Below are positions 55,481 to 64,000 of a DNA stretch of 64,000 bases, piece by piece. The position numbers and the translations under genes were made by a program. Position 1 is the stretch's first letter, and each line of letters opens with the position of its first letter. The stretch covers positions 757,063-821,062 of the forward strand of contig OZ025659.1 of the NCBI GenBank assembly GCA_964019335.1. Reading direction: 5' to 3'. Source of the DNA: Diplonema japonicum (lineage: Eukaryota > Protista > Euglenozoa: Diplonemea). Below the pieces are notes generated by a model. That model searched no databases. It was given only the letters and a program-made list of their open reading frames with translations, and was not told the DNA's origin.

Positions 55481-56716
55481 CCATCTACCAACGGACCATT
55501 TTTGCCCACCAGGGGGTAAATTTTCAAAATTTCAAAAAAAGCTATTCCAGCGCAACGCCGGGGCTATATGCCCCCGGAAATGCCTCCAGATGTCCCAATT
55601 CTAGAGAGAGGGTGCCCACAGCAGGGTCCACCCCCACAACATTGTCAAAAATATCGTTCCTGAAGTGCCCGAGAGGGGATACAAAAAACAAGTCAAAAAA
55701 AATCGACTGTAAAATTCTATAAAAAGCTATTTAAGGCCTTCTTGACCCAGGGCTGGGGGACTTCTTTTTTGACCCCGGGAGGGGTTTCTGGGGGGTATCC
55801 CCGGCAAGGTGGTAGTCTTTGAAGCACGGAGTCACGCAAAGTTGTACCAAGCAGGCTGAACACTGAAATAGGGGTCTTTTCGACTTGCAATGCTTGCACC
55901 GCACGTTGCACTACTTTTTCGGGGAAATGGTCCCAGAAGGTACTGTCTCAGAGCACTCGTTCTGTGTTTCGGGGCATGGTATTGGGGCAACCTGCTCTGT
56001 AGTTGACTTTATCTGTTGTTTAGACTGCCTCCCTAGTAGCCCTTCGATGACTGCCTCTTTGAAAGGCGTAAATCCACTGTCGTTCGTACTCAGGGCGTTG
56101 GGGGGCAAGGCTTCTTTCCAAACAAGCCAAGCATTCGCCAGAGATTTACCTAACAAGTACAAAAATACTTTTAGGGGCCACTTTTAAGTCATAAGGGAGC
56201 GTTTATGGCGTTTTGTCACAGCATCACCCAGCGTCGGTTCCGCCCATTGCGGTGTTGTAAATATGCACTTGGTGGGGGGCGGGATGTCCTTTCCGGCTTT
56301 CATTCTCTTTTGGCGGACACGTCAAATTCGACTTCACCGGAACATCCAACGTCGATAGAAAGCACGCTGGCATGATGTCATGCCACGTTGTGGTGCAAAG
56401 GATGCTCGCGTGCTGGTGGAACTGGGTGTCCCCACGGGATGCGCGTCCTTGGCATGCGGCCTCGCTTCTTTGGGGCATCCATGATCTCCGGGAGGCCTTT
56501 GCGATAAGTAGAAGTCAGCACGCTTGTTTGTTTCGCTGTGGAAACACAGATTTCCCAGAATAGTCAAAAAGCGGTCTCTTGACATGACGGTGGCGTACCC
56601 AGGGGTGTAGTTGAGATACGTGGAGCCAGTGTGCCAGTAATCAGAATAATCTGGCTTGATATCCAAGTCCATCGACAAAAGGACACCTAGGAAGGTATGC
56701 AGAGTCCAAAGCATTG
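55481..56716 (-). mobile_element. piggyBac-like transposase relic
   Basis: FLGVLLSM..DYW..VMSRDRFLTILGNLCF and YNTAMGGTD; TTAA at 55477-55480 as a possible end. Confidence 0.75.
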
Positions 56717-56861
56717 TTAAGGGAAAACAAGGAATAAATAAAATAAAAATAAAAATAAAAACAAAAATAAAAATAAAATGCATGTATGGGGGAGCGCTTT
56801 AACGAAAGCATACTCACCCTGTTTCTCTCCCTCTCTTCTTTCTCTCTTTCTTTTTCTTTCT

Positions 56862-59800
56862 CTTTTTTTTTTTTTTTTTTTTTTCTTTGTAGTTTTCCCT
56901 ATTTAACTATCCCTCTCAATTATACTCGCTGTCATCAACCCCCTCCATCTGAAGGGGGATGGGGCTTCGGCAAGGCGCGACCCCCTCCGAAGATGATGGT
57001 GACAACCTCCCGACATAGGTGTCCATCTCCTCCTGCGCCTCCACCCCGCGCGCAGGGGCGAGCTGTTTCCTGGACTTTTGGACCTCCACCGACTTCCCTT
57101 GTCCGTCCGGGGTTCCCACCATCGTCCCCTCGCTCCCCTCCCTCTGCCTCTTGTTTGCCCCTTCCTCCTGTTTCACCCGCCTCATCCCCGCCGCGAAATC
57201 CCTGTGTCTTTTCCGCGCCTCCAAGACCCTCTGGTACTCCGCCACGGGGACCACTTCCCCACCCTCCTCTTGCACTTTCACCAGGTGCAGGTTCCCTTCG
57301 GTGCCGTTCGCCATGTTGCTCGCGACTATCCTCCACCTGAACACCTCGGGATCCACGTCGGGCTGGGTACTGAGAGTGTAGCTCACCCCCTCTTCCGCCC
57401 CCGTGGGGAAGATAGTCACCCTCCTGCCTCCGGGCCGGACCTCCTGTGCTTGCTCTATCCTCGCCACAAGATCGTACAGCCTCCCCTCTCCCCCGTCCGA
57501 CGTGGTGCACTCGTCGCGCAGCAGCTGGGAGTACTCTTCACTCTCCTCCCCGCTGCACTCCTCCATCACTTGTTTCACCCTCTGGAGCCACTCCTGTGCG
57601 TCGAACTGGGTCTCCCCTTCCGCGACCACATCCCCGTGGTGCGTGGAGACGATGATGTACGGCTCCTTCGGGTCACGCAACTCCATCTCCGGGAGAATGG
57701 CTTGGCTTCCCTGTGCGTCCTCGGCTTCGACCCCGTCGGCTGTGTGTGTTTGGATTGTGCCTGTCGTGGTCTCTGCCTGTTGGTCCTTCCCCTCGGTGCG
57801 TTGGTTAGCTGTTTGATTGTGTTCTGTGCCATCCACCGCCCCCTGGTTCCGGGCCCCTCCTTCCTCTCCGCTCCTCACAGGGTCAGCTTTTGTGTTTTGG
57901 ATTGTGCCGCTCCCTGTCTCCTCCTCTCCCATCTCCGCGTCCACCCGCTCCGCCGCTGCTTTTGCTGGCCGCTGACGCTGCTGCTACCACCGCCGCGGCC
58001 GCCAGGTTCGCGGTCCTCCTCTCTGCCTCCTCCTGGAACTTGTTCTCCGCCGCCTTCGCCGCGGCCAGAGCAGCCATCCCTGTCAGGTAGAACGCCGCCT
58101 CAGCTACCTCCTCCTCCGTTCCTGTAGCCGCAGCTTCCCGTTCCATCGCCTCCTGATCCTCCCTCTCCCTCCTCTCCTCCTGGGAGTGCTGCTCCGCTTC
58201 CGAGTCCAGTTCCATCTTCTCCACCAGGACCTTCCCCTTCCTAATGGCCGCCCTCGCCACACCCTTGACCACGGCCGCCGACACTGCAGCCTTCATGTCG
58301 TTGAAGACCTCCACCCTGTGTCGTCGCGTCCTCTTCGCTGCTTCAGATGCCACCTCCTTCAAGAACTCCTGGCCTGCCCTGCCAGACCCCCAAACGTTTC
58401 CACCGCAAAGGGGCGGAACTGCTTGTGAGCCTCCTTGCACGCTTCCATGTGCTTCTTGTTCTTCGCCTCCTGGGCCTTGTTCGCAGCATAGCCAGCAGTT
58501 TTTGAAGCCTGTTCCAGGTTGCCCACCGTCCTCGGGTGCACCACCGTCACATCCACCGCCAGCCCGTGGCCGTTTCCTTGTATCCCGCTCGGGAGGAGGA
58601 TGTCCGCCGGCTTTGCCGATGAGCCAGCCACGATGTGCTTCTCCTCCCTGACCACATCTATCGCCCCCTCCCTGCACTGGTCATACAGGACGTCCCTCAC
58701 CCCGTTGTGGCGGTGTTGCGTGGTCCCTCCGTTCTTGCAGCATTGCGCGTGGTCTCCTCGGGCGTCCATTTCCTCACCGCAGTTCAAGCACTGTGTGCCC
58801 TCCTGGTATAGAGGCGCCCCGAGCCACCACCTCGTCGCCACCTTGAACTCCTCATCGTTCATCAGGTTGCCATGGGTGAGGGGGGCCACCAGCCATGCCC
58901 CGGCTCCTTGCATCGCCGTCCCGCGGATCCTGGCCTTGTCTTCCTTCCCTGCCTCCCCCAGGAGGCCTTGCCATGCGCTGTCCTCGAGAATGAGGGACAG
59001 GAGCCTCTGCTGAGCTGCCTTCGGGTGGTCCTTCAGGAGCCCCACGCTCATCAGGGCCGCCTCGCCCGGGACCTTCTCGTTCAGCCATCTGCAGTGTTCC
59101 TCCCAATCGGCCGCGGAATCCCAGTCGTACATGGGGTCAATCTCCTGGGAGATGTTCCGCGTCGCCACCAAGGATGCGATGTTCGCCACTCTCAGCTGCT
59201 CCTGGCAGCTCCTCAGGCCCAGCCCTCCCCTCCTTACTGCTAGGCTTGCTTGTTTCCACTGGTGCCCCTCCAGCTCCCCTCCCGCCAGGCACCCCATCGT
59301 CGATCTGACCAACTCGTCGAACCTCTGCATGGCGTCCCCAACATGGGTCTCAGGGATGGTCCGCATGAAGTGCACCATCTTGCCGAAAGACTGGCAGCTG
59401 CGGAGGAGGGCGTACCCCGATTGTGCCCGCATCTTCGACTGCATGCGGAAGGTCTCCGCCAGCTTGTCGATCTTCCTGTGGAGGAAGGCGGTTGTGTACT
59501 CTGGTGTGCCGATCGGTGCCCCTAGCAGCTCGAAGTTGCCGTCGCGGGACACTTTGTCTTTTCTGAAGCCCTTGAAGCCCCACTCGGTCGGGTCGTTGGT
59601 CGTGTTTCCCAGATGAGCTCGACTTCGCCGGCTTCACCGACAGGTGAACATCCGCGCTCAACTCCGTCAGGATGTCCACCGCCTTCCTCACTTGCTCCAC
59701 CTCGCCCGCGAAGACCCCATCGTCCAGGTAAAACTGACAGATGTCCAAGTCCGTCTGTTCTTTGACCTTTTCAATGATGGGTTGGAGGGCGAGGGAGAAG

Positions 59801-60950
59801 AAGAGGGGTCCTAAAGGATCCCCTTGCTGTACACCCTCCTTCGACTGCAGGACCTTCCCATCCCCGTACAGCAGGTTCGTGGGATTCTTGTAACAAAGTT
59901 GCGCCCATTTTTCCGCCCCAGCAGCCTTCGCCCTCACTTGTCGCAGGATCTCGTGCCTGCTCATGGAGTTGAAGGCGTTCGCGTAGTCCACCTTCACGAT
60001 TACCCTTGCTTCCCTGGCCGCCTGCCTCCTCCGCCTCCTCGCCTCCAGGGCAGCCTCCGTTCTCCTCCTTTTCCTCTCCTTCTTCTTCGGGGCTGCCTCC
60101 TTCTTCCTCCCAGTTCGCACACCCCTACGCCTTTCCCTGGGTGGGTTCCACCGGGTCGCCCTGCCAGCCGTTTCCACCGTGTCTCCTCCCACTATTCCTT
60201 GAAGTGGGGGCAGAGCGTGCGTGGACGGTGGGCGTGGTCCCTCCTGAGGTCTCCTCAGGGCCCTGAGGTAGACCTTATCCCCCATGTACACATCTACGTA
60301 GGGGGGAAGGGGTGCCTTCGCTGGGGCAAGTGCGGGTCGGGTGCGTGGCCTAGGGGCAGGGTCCGGGTGGCTCTCAGGAGGGATGGGTATGACTTCTACA
60401 GGGGATATTAGTGGGGGAAGGCTCGTGGGGGGCTGCACATGGGCGGGCTTGTCCTTTACATGGGAGGGGGGCTGTACAGGGGGCTGGGCTCTCGCTTTTT
60501 TTTTTTTGCTTTCGCATGGCCACGCCCGCCTGTGAGGCTTGGGGAAGCCAAACCCCTGATTCTACGTTTTTCTGGGGTGTACAGAGCCGAGAGCCCAGGA
60601 AATTCATTTTTTTTATTTTTATTTTTTTTTCTTTTCTGCTTTCGCATGGGTTTGGGATCTCCCGGTATACAGGGGCTTGGGTAAGCCTCTGCAGGGTCGG
60701 CAGGGCCGCGCCCGCCTGTGGGGCTTGGGGAAGCCTGTTGCAAACCCCCCTGATCCTACGTTATTTTGGGTTGGGGGTCTCGCAAACCCAAACTCGCAGC
60801 GCCACCTGCAAGGCCGAGAACCCAAAGAATCCATTTTTTTAAATTTACTTTTCCCAGGGCTTTGGAATTCTTCGGGGGGTGTGTGGGGGTACAGGGCTCG
60901 GGGAAGCCTCCGAGCCACGGGGCTCGGGGAAGCCTCTGCAGGGCCGGCAG
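56862..60950 (-). mobile_element. CRE/SLACS-like non-LTR retrotransposon (RT + CCHC + RLE), internally deleted and frameshifted
   Basis: KVDYANAFNS, GVQQGDPLGPLFF, FYLDD, LLGAPIG, GGLGL, CLNC..HAQCC, RHN, KPADIL, AVDVT, PFAVETFG; A-rich tail; 5' limit approximate. Confidence 0.92.
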
Positions 60951-61074
60951 GGCGTGGTCATCTTCCGCATATATAGGGGTGATTTTCCGCATGTATCGCT
61001 TCGTCTGGGTTGTTCCAGACCACCCTTCCTCTCTCCGCGATCCAGTCATTGATTTTTGTGCCGCCTGCGTCCTC

Positions 61075-62084
61075 TGTCATGGTGTGCTGCTGCTTTTCGT
61101 GTCCCTGACCATGTTGACGACGTGCCTTCTGTTGTTAGTGAAGCTGCTACAGTCGGTGCTTAAAGGCAGCGTTGCCTCGTGGACTAGGTACTTCCTGAAC
61201 ATCGACTTCAAGCACCCCATCCTGCGTTCCTGTGGTGGTTTCGACAACTACATCTTGCTGCTGTTCGGTACCGGGTGCACCATCCTCGTGCAGTCCAGTT
61301 CCGTCTTCACCTCCACCCTGACGCCCCTTGTCGGTATTGGTCTTATCCACATTGAGAAGCTTGTTGCCCTGACGCACGGTGCCAATATCGGGACCACCGT
61401 TACTGGTGTGCTCTCAGCGCTGTCTGGCGACAACGTTGTGATCGGTATGAGAGTCGCCATGGAGCACGTCTTCTTCAACTTGCTGGGGACTGTCGTGTGG
61501 TTCATGATCTGGCTCCTTCGCCCCGTGCCCCTCGCGCTCGCTAAGTTCTTGGGGGACACCGCCGCCAACTTGCGTTGGTTCCCCCTCGCCTACATCTTGA
61601 TCGCCTTCCTTGCCCTGCCCGGTCTCGTCATCGCCCTTTCTGTTGCTGGCTGGGAAGTGCTTGTCGCTGTTGGTGTTCCTATTTCCTTGACTATGTTAGC
61701 TATTCTTGGCCTCGTCTGGGTGCGCAGGGCTGACCTCCTCCCCAGAGGCAGCGTCCTCAGGAGCCAGGAGTTGTGCGGGAAGAGACTTCCCAACTTCGTT
61801 CAGCTGTGGGGCGGTGACCTCGAACAGGACACGGTCGATATGGAAGAAATGAGGCAGAAGGAAGAGGATACGAAGAAGGCGGTGGAGTCTGTCATTGACT
61901 GGCCCCAATCGCCTGGCGCATGGGGTTTTGCCATCATGGCATTTGTCGCGATGGCCATGGCACTTCCTACCTCGCAGTGGAGGCGTGTAAGGTACGCGCA
62001 GGAGGAGAGGGGCAGGAATGAGATAGGTCTTGGGCTGTGGGAAGTATGCAGCGATGATTTCAAGGTGGATCACAGATATGCTTC
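61075..62084 (+). pseudogene. Fragment of an SLC34/NptA Na+/phosphate cotransporter gene
   Basis: ILVQSSSVFTSTLTPLVGIG, THGANIGTTVT and HVFFN; N-terminal half missing, 3' end runs into a retroelement; limits approximate. Confidence 0.8.
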
Positions 62085-63724
62085 TACGGGAGCTGGCTCG
62101 AGTGGTTCAACAGGACGAAAGGCGGCATGCAGATTACACCCGACATGGTGGCCAAGGCCCCCCACATCTGCAGCCAGAGGTGGCTCTCTAGGGTGCTTGA
62201 TGAGAAGGCGCTGGAGGACCTCTTGGCGAAAGCAGATGCACGCTCGAGAGCGAGGTTGATGTCGGAGTCAATGCACTATGCGGGGGCGTGGTTGACGGCG
62301 ACGCCTGACTTCTACAACCAGCTGTCGGACAACGAGTTTGGGGCTCTGATCAAGTGGTGGTTGGGGGCTCCGGTCTCAAGCAGGGTGAGAGCTGCCACGA
62401 CCCGAGGTGCAAGACTGAGGGGATGGACGTATGGGGTGACCATGCCCAGGGATGCGGCAACGCCAGGATTGCGAGGCACGACCGGGTGAAGGAGACCATC
62501 CACAGACACTGTCAGTGGGCCGGGGTGAGCGCAACGATGGAGAAGACGGGGCTGATCCCGGGGTCGTCCCAGCGCCCGGCGGACGTGTTCTTCCCAGGTG
62601 GGGTGGGGGGTTCCCGCCCAATGGCTATGGACGTGGTCATCGTCCACCCGAGGAACGAGTCTTGTGTCAACCAGGCGGCGAAGACTGCGGGGTATGCAGC
62701 GGCGAAGGCGGAACACTACAAGCGCCAGAAGTATGAGGCGGAGCTCGCCAAGACACGCGTGGCCTTTGTACCTTTCGCGATGGAGACCTTCGGGGGGTTC
62801 GGGGGGGCAGCGGTCTACCTCACGAAGAAACTGTCCAGGAGCATAGCTGCGCGGGCCCACGGGGACAGAGTCTCGATACACAGGCGTGTGGTCCAAGAGG
62901 TGTCAACGGCCATGATGAGATCGATAGCAGGGGCGCTGTTAGTCAAAGGGCCTGTACAGTTGGATCCCGGGCCCCCGGTACCGGACGGCGAAGAGGAAAA
63001 AAAGGACAACGAGGAAGCGAACAACGAACCCAACACTGAAGCCAACACTGACCTCACAGAGGACTCCTTCGGCAATGAAAAAACCACCGAAGCTGAGGAG
63101 TCGTCCGGGAGGGAAGTGAAGGGACAGGGAGGCGGACCCCCAATCACGGTGGCCCACCAGCTGGATGCCCTTCTGGAGCAGACGAAGAAGGACCTGGACG
63201 CCCGAATGCAGCAGCAGCGAAAGGCGGAACCGGCGGAGGGTGGAACACAAGGGAAAGCGGGAGCAGGACTCGAAGCAGCCTCACCGGGAGGAGAAGACAC
63301 GGAGATGGCCGGAACAGGATCCAGCGAGAGGGCTGGGCAGGGAGGGGGGCTTGACCCGAAGGCCCAGGAAGATGGGAAGAGACAAGGGGCGACTGACGCT
63401 GCGGTGAACCGGACCTTGGACCAGTGTCCTAAGGGGGATACGGAGGCCCAGAGGGACTCGAACAAGGGGGACCAGAGTGCGACAACTGCTACGAGGAAGA
63501 TGACCGTGAGCGAGTTCTGTAGGGAACAAGCTGCGAAGAGACAGGGCGGTGGGAGGACTCTGAAGCCACAGGCGGATGATGCCCCCGAAGGGACCAAAGA
63601 GGGCGGGAACGCACCGAGCGGAGGCAGCCAGTCGGGGCCTGACACACCTAGGGGTGGGATCCAGACGCCGGAGGGAGATCAGCTGATGGGAGTCGGGGCA
63701 CCGGAAAGGGAACAGCAGGTGGAA
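62085..63724 (+). mobile_element. 5'-truncated CRE/SLACS-like element (RLE end)
   Basis: AGAWLTA, RHDRV, RPADVF, MDVVIVHP and PFAMETFGG; acidic low-complexity extension. Confidence 0.85.
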
Positions 63725-64000
63725 GCAAACCCGCAAACCCGCAAACCCGCAAACCCGCAAACCCGCAAACCCGCAAGCCCGCAAACCCCGCAAACCCGCA
63801 AACCCGCAAACCCGCAAACCCGCAAACCCGCAAACCCGCAAACCCGCAAACCCGCAAACCCGCAAACCCGCAAACCCGCAAACCCGCAAACCCGCAAAAC
63901 CGCAAACCCGCAAACCCGCAAACCCGCAAACCCGCAAACCCGCAAACCCGCAAACCCGCAACCCGCAAACCCGCAAACCCGCAAACCCGCAAACCCGCAA
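63725..64000 (+). repeat. 8-bp tandem array (GCAAACCC)n running off the window
   Basis: About 34 near-perfect units. Confidence 0.98.

Noticed and set aside
63725-64000. True right-arm telomere and CGFAGLRV repeat proteins
   Set aside because: Strand polarity is wrong for a right end; the ORFs arise from a stop-free 8-mer
1-64000. tRNA, rRNA, CRISPR array
   Set aside because: None recognised by eye

Overview
Eukaryotic nuclear DNA, most likely a diplonemid (Euglenozoa). The evidence is a 39-nt diplonemid/kinetoplastid-type spliced leader at 54831-54869 (-), about 25 protein genes packed head-to-tail on the + strand (about 2.9-41.3 kb), and 19 tiny (31-47 nt) GT-AG introns, 18 starting GTATG. 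The gene cluster includes RPS12 x2, eIF3d, MetAP1, TatD, a YHM2-like carrier, URI1-like, DHHC, MORN, MFS and FetB-like genes. It also holds a three-domain fusion of cytochrome b5, FMN alpha-hydroxy-acid dehydrogenase and a bacterial SdhC-type diheme cytochrome b. From about 41.3 kb the window is snRNA- and TE-rich. It has two U1 snRNA genes whose 5' end reads ACAUAC (complementary to the GUAUG donors seen here) and a U2 gene, all three with a B-box-like motif at about -120. It also has a tyrosine-recombinase relic, an Ingi/I-like LINE with a ~75-bp flanking duplication, a full spliced leader plus relict leader heading a degenerate AlkB/zinc-finger ORF, a piggyBac relic, two CRE/SLACS-like RLE retrotransposons around an SLC34 fragment, and a terminal (GCAAACCC)n array. 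All calls come from reading the sequence by eye; no database search was run.
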